DNA of 64,000 nt, taken from positions 186,001-250,000 of the forward strand of contig NW_019029020.1 of the NCBI RefSeq assembly GCF_002105155.1, given 5' to 3'. Positions 32,797-46,903 of this stretch are shown piece after piece. The notes under the pieces are model-generated. The model saw only the letters and a program-made list of their open reading frames with translations. It did not search any database and had not been told where the DNA came from. The position numbers were made by a program, and so were the translations under genes. The DNA is from Lobosporangium transversale (lineage: Eukaryota). The stretch's first letter is position 1. Each line of letters begins with the position of its first letter.

Positions 32797-33769
32797 TTAT
32801 TTTATTTTTTTTTTTTACAGATAAACTTTTTTGTTGTTGTTGTTGTTGAATTGTTTAGAATGGCGGGGGGAAGGAAGGAGAGTACCTTCCTTTCTGTTGG
32901 ACAATGCAGGATAGATTCTGTCTGTGTTTTACTTTGCACTTCTGTCCGAAACACACAGCATTGTTTTTTTTTTTTCTTTTGGCATATAGCCAATCTCTGC
33001 ATCAAAGTTTCTTTCTGGTGGAATTTCAGGGACGGACGAATGGTTGCACAAGGAAAAGAAAAAAGACCTTGGGCCTTGCACAAACATAAACAATACCATG
33101 CAAGTATACAAATTCAGCCAGTTGCTCTATCGCATCCTAAAAAGAAGACGAATTCCGGAAGCGAAAAAATAAAATTAAATAAAATAAAAGATAATTTGAT
33201 GCACTTCATTACGCGTGCGGGAAAGAGAATGAGAGATAGACAATAAGAATAGAAGAAGAAAAAAAAAAAAAAAAAAAAAAATAAGAAAAAGGGAAAGAAA
33301 GAGAGAAAAAGGATGGGATCCCCAAACCATGCTTTTATCACCTGCAGATGTTTGCATATCTATATTGTTATTGCTTTCAACTGAATAGCAACTCTCCTTC
33401 CTTTTAATGTTCGTTGCACGGTGCATAAAAAAAGAGGATCGAGAACGTTTTCTTTTTCTTCTTCTTCATGCGATTATCTTGCCCTACCATGACGCATTTA
33501 CGCCGCCAATTTTTTTTTTTTTTTTTTTTTTTTTTTGGGCTATGCGTTGCATCTGGACATTCTGTGAGGGGGACACCCTTAGGTTGATCACAAAAACTAT
33601 TTCTGAGCCAGCGAAACCGACATCGGCAGGACACCCTTGCAGAACGCAGAACCATTGGTGCGACTTTATATTTGAGTAAGGCATATTTGACACGGGACAT
33701 CTTGTGCAAACAAGAAAACAACAACAACAACAACAACAACACAATAACAAGAGCAAATCATCCTACACC

Positions 33770-35459
33770 ATGATCGAATCGTTGTTTGTTCTCTCTTCAA
33801 CAGGGTAATGCTCTTTTCAGACAGGAGTATAGCTCATTTGCTTAAAGTATGGACACAGACATGCAGACATGCACAAAACTGGGGCTGACATCTTCTTTGT
33901 TCATCTTGCAGGAAAGTCATCATTGAGAAACACTGGCATGAGCTTATTCCACGTCCTGTGGTTGATTACTTTAATGAACAGGTCTCCAAAGCCATGGCTG
34001 CAAGCGAGGATATCTCACGAGAGGACGTACTGCCCATCATCCCTTCGCCAAAATACCAACTTATCAATGTATACCGCGACGGACTTACATATCTTAGTCC
34101 TGTGACCAAAGAAGGTGTGTATTCTAAGCGTGTATTAATCAGGAAAAAAAAAAAAAAAAAAAAACTTTGACTTTGTTTGTTAACTTGTTAACCTGAGATT
34201 ATTATTTTTTTTTTTTTTTTTTTTTTTTTTTGCTCCTCAAATAAAATAAAAAAAATAAAAAAAAAGTCGATCCGATGATGGTTTTTGAGTTCTTACACCG
34301 GATTTTGGATATTATGCAAGAGTATTTTGGCACGGTATCAGAAACAACTATTAAAGAGAACTTTGTCACTGTTTATCAACTGTTGGAGGAAATGATGGAC
34401 GATGGATATCCGCTCACGACTGAACCCAATGCGCTTAAGGAAATCGTACCAGCACCCAACATCCTTGACAAAGTCATTAGTACCATGGGTGCCCCAACAT
34501 CAGTCTCGACAAAAAAGATGCCCCATGGTATGTCCAATTTACCATGGAGAAAGGCTGGTGTAAAGTATGCAACCAATGAAATATACTTTGATATCATTGA
34601 GGAAATCGATGCCATTGTGGACTCCACTGGAAAAGCCGTATCATGTGAAGCTCATGGAACCATTCAAGCCAACTGTCGACTCTCAGGTACCGGAAAGAAA
34701 AAATACATAGCGAAGGAATGGAGCTTTGATCATATTTCCCTCTTATTTTGATGCAGGCTTCTCATGAAATACCTTTGTTCTTTCACTTTATATATAATTC
34801 ACTTAGGCATGCCTGATTTGACTTTAAGCTTAGTGAACCCAAGACTAGTGGATGATTGTAGCTTCCATCCTTCAGTACGCTTCAACAAATGGGAGTCAGA
34901 TAAAGTTCTTTCTTTCGTGCCGCCAGATGGTCACTTTCAACTCATGAGTTATCGGTAGGGGAGCGGGAAACAAGAGGACAATATTTGAGGAGGGAAAAAA
35001 AGTCACATTATATTTTTCTAACATGCAATTCATGTCATGTCTTTTACGTATAGTGTCAACCTCCCTAGTCAACAAAACTTACCAGTACAAGTCAAACCAT
35101 CGATCAATATTGGAACCAATGGCGCCAAATTCGATATCACGGTCTGTCTCAGAAACACAGAAGGCAAGTCTCTAGAGGATGTTGTGCTGATTCTACCTCT
35201 CCACAAATCCACTACAAATTTGACAGCGCATTGTAATGTGGGCCAATACATGTTTGATCCTGTTGGGAAGGTCCTTCGGTGGGATATTGGCAAGATCGTA
35301 CCGCGGGAGCGTGCACCTGTTATTTCTGGCTCTTTCGCATTCGGCTCAGCAAAGTAAGAAAAAGACTATCGTCAACAACAACAATAACAATAACAATAAC
35401 AACAACTATTGATATTGTTCAGACTATTAATTCCTTTCTTTTTTTTTTATATGTCTTAC

Positions 35460-35496
<37 letters not shown>

Positions 35497-35679
35497 GTTG
35501 TTGTTACAATTAGTAGCGAAGCAGCTGCAAATGCAGGATATAATATTGGCTTGGAATTCATGATCAAACAACATTCTCTCTCAGGACTTATGCTCGAAGG
35601 AATGAAACTGTTTAATGAATCTAAACCCTTCAAGCTTAGACGCATTACTAAAGCTGGCAGATACCAAATTCGCGCGTAG
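33770..35679 (+). CDS. APM3: AP-3 adaptor complex medium (mu) subunit (423 aa)
   Basis: In-frame exons 33770-33804, 33912-34114, 34267-34686, 34807-34954, 35054-35353, 35514-35679. Motifs IIEKHW, QLLEEMMDDGYPLTTEPN, PWRKAGVKYATNEIYFD, SGMPDL, SFHPSVRF, SFVPPDG. Confidence 0.93.
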
Positions 35680-35923
35680 CGTTGATGATTTAAAAATAAA
35701 AAATAAACTAAATAAAACTTTGTATAAAACAATAAAAGAGAAGAAGCAACCTTTCTATAATCGAGTGAGGCAACCAAAGGCTTTTTATTACTTTACTTTC
35801 TGCTAGAGCATTGCCTGTTGAATAGCTAAACCCTGCAAAACACTTAATCATTTTACTGCCTACTGCGATTTTTTTTATTTATTTTTTTATTTTTTTATTT
35901 TTATTTTTTTCTCGATACCAATG

Positions 35924-38182
35924 CTATTCCACTGCCCTTGGATCCTGATATTGCACTGGTGTTTGATTTTTCCGTTTTTTTAAAGCAATCTCATTCGTAG
36001 CATCCATAGCACTAGTGGCCGCGCCTGTGTCTTTTATATCACTGTCATCTTTTAAAAACTCTGCTTCATTCGTATCTGCAGAAGTATCCAATGCTTCCTG
36101 AGAAGCAGATTTCGGTAATGCCTGCGGGCCTTTTCGAACATACTCAGAGATAGCATTTGACTCTAGCTGTTCAGGATCCACATAGATCGTGGTCCTGTTA
36201 CCGTCCCCCACCGTATCCGACCGCCCGCTTTCGGTACCACTGTCACCTCTGGTATGGCCTCTGATGGCCATCGAACCATCATGACTAACACGACATGATG
36301 AGCCAACCGAGAGGAGCTCATGATCTATACTGGGTTGTTGACTTTGCCTCTGTCCAAAACCATATCCATCCACGTAGTCCGAATTTTGAGATAGATGCTC
36401 CTGCTGAAGGGTGTTACTATCTGGTGACGAAGGAGATGGTGTGCCGCCAACCCTAGACCCGCTATCCGGGGAATGAATATGTCCTTGTTGAACTAACAGA
36501 GGTGATATCCGGGCTGGAGAGGATACAGGCAGCAGAGCGGAATACATCACCCCTGGACTTCGATCTGTCACATCTGGGTTTCCAAGGCGATCTTGTTGGC
36601 GTAGATAATGCGCATGACGAACTTCAGCCATGTCTGGGCCTTGGCCTGATGCAGCCCCTGCGGTCGCAAAGTAAGCTCCAGACCCATCACTGGAATAAGA
36701 AGCTTCGTTAAGGTGATGAACTGCGCCTGCTCCAGCAGCTGAATGGTCATTCTGGTATGAGACGGGATTCATGGCTGCCGCTACCGCCGCAGGACCTTCA
36801 TAGCCTAGGTCATGATAATTGTCCTCCATAAGCCATAATCCACTAGGTCCTACACCTCCTGATGCTCCCACACCCAATTCCTGATCAAGCCCTCCAGGCT
36901 GTCGCTGAGAGAAGCCTTGTGAACCCCAAGACCTTCGGAATTTAAACATGTCGTTCCACCGACCTCGCCATCCTCCATTTCTTCCTGTCCCTGTACCCTT
37001 CGTTTGCGCGAATCCACCGGGAACGGCAGAAGTTACGAGCGCCCGATTAGACTTGCCTCCATTATCGGTATACTCGCTCTCGAGCACACTCTCTCCACCA
37101 CCAGCGCTTCCTCCACCTCGGCCCCCTGATCCTGACAATCCATCTGGATCAAAGATGTTATTCCTCTGCATCATTTCCTTGCGTCGTCTCCTCTTCTTAA
37201 TCCACCCTACTAACACGACCGCACCCACTGCAATACCAACAACCAAACATGCTACAATGATCAAGGTGATCTGCCAAGTCTTCAAGCCTGTTCCACGGCC
37301 GTTATTAGGATCTAGTAAAGTCCCTGGAGGTGGTTCTTGATTAGGGTCTGGAATAGTAGTCGGCACTGACGTTGTGGTCGTTTCTGTGATATAAATAGTA
37401 GTACCCCGTCCAGAAATGACTGTTGTCTTTGGAACGACCGTCGTAATAGTGACGACAGAAACTGTGGTGATATATCGAGTTGTATACGGCGTTGTGGTCT
37501 TTGAAGAATGGACAGAGGATGGAGGCCTTGTGATAGGAGGAATGGTCGGCTGCAACGTTGGCTGTGTGATAGGAGGGTCCGTGGTGACGGGAGGATCTCT
37601 AGTGATTGTCGGTGAGGGCATAGGTGGATCGGTTGTGGTCGTTGGATCAACCGTAGTCGTTGAGGGTTCTTCATCTGTGGCTGTAGTTGTAGGAGGAACT
37701 GGGTCTGTTGTAGCGACGTCGGTGCTCGTTGAAGGTGCAGGGTCAGTCGTGATGACTGGATCGGTGGTAATTTCTGTAGGCTCCATGATCGTGGTGGTTG
37801 TCGCAGTGGCTGTGATAGATGAAGATGTAGGCTCGACGACGTCTGATGTTAATGTAGTAGAAGGAATGGGCTCTGAAGGCTTCGTTGTTTCAACAGTAGG
37901 AAGAAGAGGGGATGAAGCAGCAGGTGGGTTCGATGACATGGAAGTGATGAACGTTTTTGTTGCAGTATCAGTCGTCGTCCCCGTTATCGAGGCTGAGGTC
38001 GCAACAGTATTTGGAGAGGGTAAGGATGGTACCGCCGATCGTGATGATGTTGGCACTGATGTTGACTTTGTTCGGGAGGGTGGAAGTGAAACAGTGTCAG
38101 ATGGAGAATCAGGAGAAGAACTGGGCGGTAAGGCGACAGGTACGGATGATGGTTTTGCTATATTAACCTCCACCGTGGCCAT
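35924..38182 (-). CDS. Ser/Thr/Pro-rich single-pass membrane protein (mucin-like, Mid2-like cell-surface sensor architecture)
   Basis: First ATG at 38182 (the ORF track starts at an upstream TTG). About 290 aa S/T/P-rich region, hydrophobic helix ITLIIVACLVVGIAVGAVVLVGWI, then KKRRRRK and a long low-complexity tail. No obvious signal peptide. Confidence 0.75.
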   Translation of the reverse strand: MATVEVNIAKPSSVPVALPPSSSPDSPSDTVSLPPSRTKSTSVPTSSRSAVPSLPSPNTVATSASITGTTTDTATKTFITSMSSNPPAASSPLLPTVETTKPSEPIPSTTLTSDVVEPTSSSITATATTTTIMEPTEITTDPVITTDPAPSTSTDVATTDPVPPTTTATDEEPSTTTVDPTTTTDPPMPSPTITRDPPVTTDPPITQPTLQPTIPPITRPPSSVHSSKTTTPYTTRYITTVSVVTITTVVPKTTVISGRGTTIYITETTTTSVPTTIPDPNQEPPPGTLLDPNNGRGTGLKTWQITLIIVACLVVGIAVGAVVLVGWIKKRRRRKEMMQRNNIFDPDGLSGSGGRGGGSAGGGESVLESEYTDNGGKSNRALVTSAVPGGFAQTKGTGTGRNGGWRGRWNDMFKFRRSWGSQGFSQRQPGGLDQELGVGASGGVGPSGLWLMEDNYHDLGYEGPAAVAAAMNPVSYQNDHSAAGAGAVHHLNEASYSSDGSGAYFATAGAASGQGPDMAEVRHAHYLRQQDRLGNPDVTDRSPGVMYSALLPVSSPARISPLLVQQGHIHSPDSGSRVGGTPSPSSPDSNTLQQEHLSQNSDYVDGYGFGQRQSQQPSIDHELLSVGSSCRVSHDGSMAIRGHTRGDSGTESGRSDTVGDGNRTTIYVDPEQLESNAISEYVRKGPQALPKSASQEALDTSADTNEAEFLKDDSDIKDTGAATSAMDATNEIALKKRKNQTPVQYQDPRAVE

Positions 38183-39489
38183 ATAATGATGAGAGGGCAA
38201 GTGCAGGAGGAGCAGAAAAGGTGACTTTAATACCTCGATCTATCGGGGCTCAACCTCAATTGTCAACACGATGTGAAGGGGGTGAAGGTCCTGGTCTGAA
38301 GATGTTTGGAGTTGTAGGTGTGTGCGTCTTTAAGCCTTGTGGAAGTGGAAATGGATGACAGTGCGTATCAATGGCTCGGATACTTATTATTTAGAAGAAC
38401 AGAGGATCAATGAAGAATTTCGTTGTCCGAAAGGTGGTTTTGCACCCGCTTTCAATCACCAGAGAGAAAAGAAGTAGCCTGGGCTGCTGTAAGACGGGGA
38501 ATAGAATGAGCGAGGATGAGGAAGAATAAAAATCAGCATGGCCCTATGAAAGCCCTTTTATAAAGCCTCTCCTTGTGATGTGAGACTAACTGATAATAAT
38601 GTGGAAAACGCAGTTATGGAGGCAAGGAAGAAGCCAGAGTATCAAGAGCGGACCAAAGAAAAGGAAAAAGAAAAAAAAAAAAAATGCGTACAAAACTGAG
38701 GCCATTACATCGAACTAGCTCTGCATGATTCAACGCACCATGTCCTTATCCATGTACGTAGCATGAGTATGCAGGAAAGTCGACATGGGGATGACGAGAG
38801 AGGAGACGTGTAGAAGTATCAGTCATCGTCAACATTGCCTGTAAAAAGCTTTTTGAAAAAAAAGGAGTCGTACGACCTGGATAAATAAAAAAAGGCGTTG
38901 GGGTACATCATGGGCTATGCATCTATTGTCATGCACCCGCTTGGTTTCATAGAATTCAGGTCCCTTGGAAGAACCGATAATAATGAATCCGGTCTTTTTT
39001 TTTCCTTCCTCACAAGGTATGGCACATGCTAATATGCGCCCTGTGCCCTTCAAAAAAAAAAAAAAAAAAAAAAAAAAAAGGTCCACTTGGATGAATAACT
39101 ACTGTACGCACATTCAGTCCAGCCAGATCAGAAAAGGGGAAGGGACCAACCCCAAAGTTGCGTTTTGCGGAAATAATGTCCAAAAATAACACGAGATAAA
39201 ACCCTTTAGTATCTCCGCCAAAAAAAAAAAAAAAAAAAAAAACACCGCTGATCGCGTGTTTGTCATCAATCCGCTCTGTCTTTTATTAATACACATACAT
39301 TGAGCCCACAGTCTCAAGATCGTTATTAACATTTGATAAAAGCACAGCCTTGCATTGTTATTGCGACGATTTGTAGTCCAGCTGAAGGAGAGGAAAATCA
39401 CCCTTGCCAACCTGTCAATGCATAAGATGCATAAACGGCGTAATATTTTTATTCAAAAATAGATGCTATTCTTCAACATGGCAAATCTC

Positions 39490-41355
39490 TCACCGTATCT
39501 TTTTGACATACTTGTCACCATCTATGAACTGACTGATCTCATCCATCAAAGGCTTTCGGAAAGGTGCTACTCGACCAATACATTCCATTAATGCTAAAAT
39601 TAGAGTGAAAATGATATCATAATTCACAAGTCAGTTTATATATTAACCCCTCGTATCCTTGTTTTTTTCTTTTTCTTTTAAAACAAAAATATATAAGGCT
39701 GATATTAAAACCTACCAACCACGGGCTCTTCGTGGCCCATACCATGCATAATGCGAAGCCTTGCAGCAGAACCTAATTGCATGGTTTTGAGCTCCATATG
39801 GAACTCAGATGATGACCTTGCAGGGACCGTTTGATCTAGGTCACCATGAATCACCAAGGTTTCGATTGGCAACAGCGATTTCAAGTGACGGAGAAGATTG
39901 TGGTGACGTGTTTGCGACTCTGTGGAGTAGTGGCGATCGATCCTAGTAGACACCTGAAGTAATTCCTGCAGGATATTGGTGGGTGAGTACTGGCGGAATG
40001 TGCTCTCGGACTTGCCCATGACACGCGCCATGGCCGAGATATGCTCTACACATCGCATAGACTCGTGTTTATAATGCTCTCCAATGTTATATACGCCAGA
40101 GAAGAGGATCATCCCACGGAGCCGCGGTAACACATCGTCTTTGCTTTCTCTCTCGTCGCACTCCTTCAAAAGTGTGGTTAGGATGGGTGATGTGGCAACA
40201 GCGGCCGGAGAAGATCCGTACATGGAAATTGGCACCCTCCGGATACAGTCATTTAGAACTGTAAGAGCACATAGATGTGCTCCTGCAGAATGTCCCATAA
40301 TATAAAGCTTCTGTGGATCCCCTCCGTACCTCTTACAGTGTCTATGCGTCCATTGGATAGCCATTTTAACATCCTGCTCCATATGCGTTATGACCCCAAA
40401 TGGATAAATAGTGTAGTCTGGTATTATGACTAGGTATCCCATGGACCTCAAACGAGCCCCAACAAGTGTGTATAATAACTTGGAGCCTGATGACCAAGCA
40501 CCTCCATAAATAAACACAATAACGGGTCGGAGTGACTTTGGCTCGTGCTCACCAGGAAGAGTGCTTAAGCCTTGGCCATCGGGAATATAGATATCAAGCT
40601 TTTTACTAGGACGCTTTGGGTTGTATGGTACATCGATACTATTGAAATATAGGGACGATGGATGAATTCCAAGGAAGTGACTCTCACGTTAAACAGTGGC
40701 AAAGGCATGATTGCCCAAGCAAATAATAAAAATTTAGAGCAGATTTCAAAGTCCGTGATCGATCGAATTGACGTTTACATGTAATCGGCGGCTGAGCGCA
40801 TTGTCCAAAAACGGTATTGAGCCAGGGAAATGCCAATGGGAATTAAGGTGAGATTTGAGACGATCACTCCAAAGACAGCCCTGTTAAGCTTCATCACTCT
40901 CCGAGGGTCTAGCGGAAGGTCTGCAAAGGATGCAGGTTCAGCCATGACCCAGTAAACGAACCATGCAGCAGAATACGAAAGGATGACTAAAAAAGAGGGA
41001 AGAGAAAATGGATTGTAAGTAAGAATCAAAAGATGTTTTCGTTGCAGATCCATTTGAAAGAAAGGAATAAAGAAAGAGGTCCTGTACCAGTGGTAAGTAC
41101 AATAAAGGGTAATATGGCTAGGAGGAATATGGCTAGGAGGAATATGGCCATGGGTGGAAAAAAGATAATAGCGGCGAGGACAAGTCGTATGACCTTGCCT
41201 CGTTTCCCGGGGAGAATAAAATCGGACTTTAGACCTGGCTGGCCTTTTTGTGGGGAAGGGTCTAGAAGAACGGAGCGGAGCTGACGACGGGGAGAGGGGA
41301 TATTGTCTACGGGTAAAGATGGGACATATGATGTTGATGTCTGGGAGGATGGCAT
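39490..41355 (-). CDS. Membrane-anchored alpha/beta hydrolase, isoprenylcysteine methylesterase (ICME)-like (500 aa)
   Basis: In-frame exons 41355-41088, 40986-40779, 40638-39716, 39593-39490. Motifs LDIY, FIYGGAWSSG, YGGDP..IYIMGHSAGAH, HGDLDQTVP, GMGH. Confidence 0.85.
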
Positions 41356-42461
41356 GTGGAGAATGAAGTTGAGGAACAGGCTTGGAAATTGCTGTGTTCC
41401 TGAATGTATTTAAGAAAACAAAGTCATGTGAAAGATTGGTCCATGGAAATAAAGAAATGTATAGGATTTACTGAATCACAAGATTTACGGCGGTTTTACT
41501 TGATTAATAATTCCATTTCAAACTTAAATTTTATTCATTTCAATGCTATTCGAAAATAAATAAAAATGTCTTTCCTGAATGGGGGGTGCAGTGAAAAACT
41601 TAAGGATACCATTGTTGTGGAAATAGTTAATGCGAATCATATGGCAAACCAAATGAATAAGGAGAATATGGGATCGAAGTTTGTAAAATGTAATTCTTAC
41701 AATAGCTGCGCTTTCACGCATTTTTATCATCAACAAATGACGATTACACTGAAGTATTCGAACATTAATTGTGGTAAAGTTCCTCAAACGAGAGCACTAA
41801 CGCACTTCTTCGATATTATTGGTAAAGGATGTATTCTGTTCAGCCCTCTCTTTTATCACTATGAGCGGACTTGTACTCAAAAACGGTTTGTGATCTTTAT
41901 CTTAAAAGGGAGCTCAAAATAGGGAAATGAGAGCGGATTTCAAGCACAGCCTGTAAGTGTTGGGCATCTGGCTAACTGGCTTTCAAGAGGCCAATAGCTT
42001 CATCATTCACACCTTCTCTCTAAAATCAATACTATATAGTACGTAGGGTTACCGGTAGGGGAGAGTGAGTTAGTATTCGAACCCGGAGAACTGGATAACC
42101 ATAATTCAATTGTGATTCAAAGATAACAGACAGGGCAAATCGGATTTTGGAGAGAGGGCTCCCATGAAGTCCTTGATCAGTGTCAGTTAGAGTCAAGGCA
42201 AAGAGATACAAGCCATCCCAAGAATATAAAAATAATTTCATGCCTTGTTTGATCTTTCACTCTTTTTTCTCTTCCTCCAAGAAAAGACTGTCCATTCATC
42301 TCATCCCACTGGGTGTGCTACTTTATTCCGTTTCAAAGTCGCCTCTGTCGACTCCAGAAAAAGCTTAAAAAAAAAAAAAAAAAAAGATAGAGCATTTCCA
42401 CTCTTTGCATTGCTGCTTTCCTCATCTATAAGCCCATACGCTTGACCATATTCAGTACAAC

Positions 42462-43856
42462 ATGAGTGAGAACCCTTACCTTTCTCTGATTGCCAACCTC
42501 AACTCAGAGTCACCAGTCATTTCCTCACCAGAGGACTATTCGGCTGAACTCTCGCTCTGGACCAACGCAGAGTTCACATTTGATGTGCCTCCTGGTCTAG
42601 GTGTCTTTGAACAGGATTCTGGATTTGAGACACTTTCCTCTTTAAACCATCCGTTGCTTCCGACATCAACCGCTGCTGCTACACCTGCAGCATCTACTTT
42701 GTCTACTCCTGTCACACCAACCAAGCCAGCACCTAAGGCAATTGGGCATAATCCCGATTCTGCTTTGGATCAGCAGCATTTGATGGAGTACTTGAATTTA
42801 CCGCATGAAGGTAATTGAACGCCAATAAGTATCCTTTCCTCTTTGTGAGATATTTATGAAGAGTCACATTGTTCACATAGAAGAAGAACCTATTCTTGTG
42901 TATTATTAATACAGAAAAAAAAAACCTTCGTTTAAGGCCACAGACAATTTCTTTCCAATTTTATGTCCACGTGCTTACTCTTCTATTACTTTATTACAAA
43001 TGCACTGTCGTCATCTGATGTAGAATCTTCACGGCCTTTGTCTCTCTTGGAGCGAACCCGCCAGCGCAACCCTGTTAATACTGACAAGGTTCAGACCTTG
43101 CCTGAGCTTCAGGAGCAAGCCGCTGCGATCAATGCCTTTCACTCCTTGTTAGCCGCCTACTCTGCTCAGGCTCAGGCTCAAGCGCAACAGCAACAGCAGC
43201 TTCAGCAACCGCAATCTGCGCAGTTGCAGCAGCAGGTCCAGCGTTCGTCTGGTCTGCCTTTGCTCCTGCCAAACATTGCCCCTGCCACGGCGCCCACTAC
43301 GCCCGCAGCTGCTAAGCTTTTGCGCCAGTCTATGCCTCAGTACAAGGCAGCCTCGCCTTCGGCCAAGAAGCAGAAGACACAGATCCCAGCCGCAATTGCT
43401 CCCGCCGGTGCCTTAGTTACGCTTGCTCCAAAGAGCCCTACAACTCCTAACGCCACGACTATCGCTGCTGCTGCTGCCACTGTTGCCTCTACTCCGTTCA
43501 AAGAGGAGAAGGAGAAGGAGACTATTGATAAAGCCGAGAAGACAACTACTGACCTTCCTTCCAAGGATGATCCTGATTATCTTCAGAAACTTGCTGCCGA
43601 AGAGGATAAGAGACGTCGTAACACAGCTGCGTCTGCTCGCTTCCGTTTCAAGAAGAAGTTGAGAGAGCAAGCTCTTGAGCAGACTGCCAAAGAACAAACA
43701 CTTCGTGCTGAGACATTAGAGGCCCGTGTCAAAGAATTAGAGATGGAGGTCAAGTGGTTGCGCGGGTTGATTGTAGAGAAGGACTCACGTCTTCATGAAG
43801 TTTCTGCAAGCCTTGATGAACAGACCAACAAGCGTGTGAAACTTGACACTTATTAA
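42462..43856 (+). CDS. bZIP transcription factor, MetR/CYS-3/Zip1 (sulfur regulator) type (393 aa)
   Basis: Exons 42462-42810 and 43024-43856. N-terminal ELSLWTNAEFTFD motif; basic region EEDKRRRNTAASARFRFKKKLREQALE followed by a leucine zipper. Confidence 0.85.
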
Positions 43857-44331
43857 AATTCCAGCATGGACATTTGAAGCGAATGAAGAGAGCCATTTTG
43901 GATGTATTTTTTTGATGTATGAGTCCCTTGCCTGTTATAATAGCTTTTCTTTTTTCTTTTATTTTTTGGTTTGCATATTATCACTACATTATATTATCAC
44001 TTCACTGCTTTGTTTGTTACCGTTGTGCCTTATTTATTTTTTTTTTGGTCATTACGGATGTAGATTTATTACCATTCTAGTTATCATACTTCATTTAAAA
44101 TGGCAGCTGTAGATAAAGCTTTCTGTTTCATTCTACCAATTGCTCGTAATGAATTTTTGACTCGGAAGCCGGCCCCTTAAATGGACCGAAATGAACATTT
44201 GCAAAAGATCCTGACTCCTGCGTGAATCATTGATTTGGGGCAGTCAAAGATAAACACAAGTCCCTTTTAAAGTAAAGCCTAGGAGGGGAAATTCGTTTCT
44301 TGAACCCAATCCTCTCCATCTGTCATCTGCC

Positions 44332-44483
44332 ATGCCAACCGTCAACGTCGACAAGGAGGAGCTCTACACCGCTCTCGGAAAAGAGTATAGTACGACAACA
44401 TAATCCCATGGAGCAAAAAAAAAAAAAATAAAAATAAAAACTTTTTTTTGAACGAAGCAAATGTACAGCAATCAGGCCGTTGA

Positions 44484-44520
<37 letters not shown>

Positions 44521-45115
44521 GCTAGCTTTCGATGAGTTCCTGGACCTCTGCTTCAACTTTGGTATTGAACTCGAAGAGGATGTAAGCCAAAGTTTTTTTT
44601 ACCGGAAGATCGTAATAATAGTAAATAATTACTGTGTCGTGGATATCAATTAATGTACATACTTGTTAATACTAATAAAAAAAAAATTAGACCTCTGCAA
44701 AAGAGATGGCTATCCGTGAGGTCGGTGCCCACAAAGTCGATGACAGTGTATCGGACAGGCCCATTCTGAAAATCGATATCCCTGCTAACCGGTAATAATT
44801 ATGTTGTTGTTTTTTTTTTTTTGAGGCAGAACTTGTTCATAATGGAAAATGATATGAGACTTGTGTTTATTGACCCATACCTCTTTTTGCACTACGCTTA
44901 GTTATGACTTGCTATGCCACGAGGGCATTTCACGGTCCTTGTTAGTCTTCCAAGGCAAGTCCAGACCTCCAGTCTACAAGCTTGTTGATCCTCCTAACGG
45001 TCAGGCCCACCAAAAGCTGATTGTCAAGAAAGAGGTTCGTTGTGTATACCTGTTTTACTGAAGGATTGAATTTAAGATAATGAGCGTTGTACTAATGTTA
45101 AAGAATACTTAAGCA

Positions 45116-45152
<37 letters not shown>

Positions 45153-46903
45153 TAATGTTTCAAATCCAATATTCTTTCTTTCCTCATTCTGTTGGGATCA
45201 TAGACTGCACAAATTAGACCTTTCGCTGTCTGTGCTGTTCTCAGGGATATCAAATTCACAGATCTCAACTACAAAAACTTCATCGATCTACAGGATAAGC
45301 TTCACATGAACATCTGCAGGAAGCGTACACTGGTTTCAATGGGAACCCATGATCTCGACACGATCAAAGGTCCCTTCACTTATGAAGCACTGGCACCCAA
45401 GGATATTCAATTTGTGCCTCTGAATCAAGAGAAGAGCATGAATGGCGAGGAATTGATGTCTTTCTATGAATCTGATAAGCATTTGGGCAAGTTCTTGCAT
45501 ATCATCCGCGACTCGCCTGTTTACCCCATTATCTACGACTCAACCCGCCAGGTCTTGTCTTTGCCACCAATCATCAACAGCAACCACTCCAAGATTACGC
45601 TTGATACGAAGAATGTCTTCATTGAGGTCACAGCCACCGATCTTACCAAGGCCAAGATCGTCCTCAACACCATTGTTGCTATGTTCTCCGAGTATTGCGC
45701 CCAGCCTTTCACGTATGTGTGTACTTTTTTTTTTTTTTTTTTTTTTAAAGTGAAGACTTGTACAACCTGGTGTTAAGTGAGTGTGACTCATATTTCTAAT
45801 CCCTCCGCATGCGGACACATGATCTTCATATTAAATTTAGTGTCGAGCCTGTTGAAGTGGTCTATGAGGATAACCGCCAGCCTCCTACTCTCACTCCCGA
45901 TCTTTCATCTCGCACTACTTCTGCCAAGGTTGATTACATCAATAGCTGCACAGGATTGAAATTGAGCCCTGATGATATTTGTGATTTGCTCAACAAAATG
46001 TCCTTGGAAGCTACGCCTAGCAAGGAGGATGAAAATGAGATTGTAGTCCAGGTTCCAGTGACGCGCTCAGATATTCTTCATCAGTGCGACATTATGGAGG
46101 ATGTTGCAATTGCCTATGGCTTTAACAACTTGCCTCACTCTGCACCTTCAGTCAGCACTGTTGGAAAGCCCTTTCCACTTAATAAGTTGGCAGATATTGC
46201 GCGTCTTGAATTGGCATTGGCTGGCTGGAGCGAGGTTAGCCCTTTGACGCTTTGCTCCCATGATGAGAATTTTGCTTTCTTGCGACAGAAGGATCCTGGT
46301 AATATCGCCGTGCGTTTGGCTCATCCCAAGACAATTGAATATCAGGTGGTGCGCACATCACTCTTGCCTGGTGTGTTGAAGACATTGAAAGAGAACAGGA
46401 AGCATTCATTGCCCATCAAAGTCTTTGAAGTTGGCGATACGGCTATTAAGGATGATAGCATGGAGCGTCGCTCACGTAACGTTCGTAAAGTCTGCGCTAC
46501 TTACTCCAACACAACCAGCGGATTGGAGCAGATTCATGGACTGCTTGATCGTACTCTCCAGATGTTGCATGCTCAGCTCGTAGACAAGAACGGAACCGCC
46601 TCTGGTTATTGGGTCCAAGATTCTGACAGTAAGTATTTTTTTTTTTTTTTAATGTTATTTATTATTAATAATTAATTAATTAACAAAGCTGATTAACCAC
46701 CTTCTCCTTACTTTATTTTTTTTATTTTTTTTCTTCCAGACCCAACGTACTTCCCTTCAAGATGTGCCGACATCTATCTCCGCCAGAAAGGAGAGACCAA
46801 AGTCATTGGAACACTTGGTATTCTCCATCCTGAAGTCTTGGAGAAGTTCGGTTTCAACTTCCCAACCTCTGCTTTTGAGTTTGAGCTCGAGCATTTCCTG
46901 TAA
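44332..46903 (+). CDS. FRS1: Cytoplasmic phenylalanyl-tRNA synthetase beta subunit
   Basis: Exons 44332-44389, 44526-44581, 44691-44791, 44902-45034, 45204-45712, 45841-46628, 46740-46903. Motifs [62 protein letters not shown]. Confidence 0.96.

Noticed and set aside
29536..33769. Many short ORFs in a 4.2-kb gap upstream of Ras2
   Set aside because: Poly-Phe/poly-Lys translations of homopolymers and microsatellites; I found no spliceable conserved gene. Probably regulatory or UTR sequence.
37416..38186. 256-aa Val/Gly-rich plus-strand ORF
   Set aside because: Antisense shadow of the Thr/Pro-rich region of the mucin-like gene.
26769..41355. Ras2 (CAAX protein) near an isoprenylcysteine methylesterase-like gene
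   Set aside because: 10 kb apart with unrelated genes between, and the hydrolase substrate is unproven.
41566..41922. 118-aa ORF between the hydrolase and the bZIP gene
   Set aside because: No recognisable motif or splice structure; likely a chance ORF in a divergent promoter.
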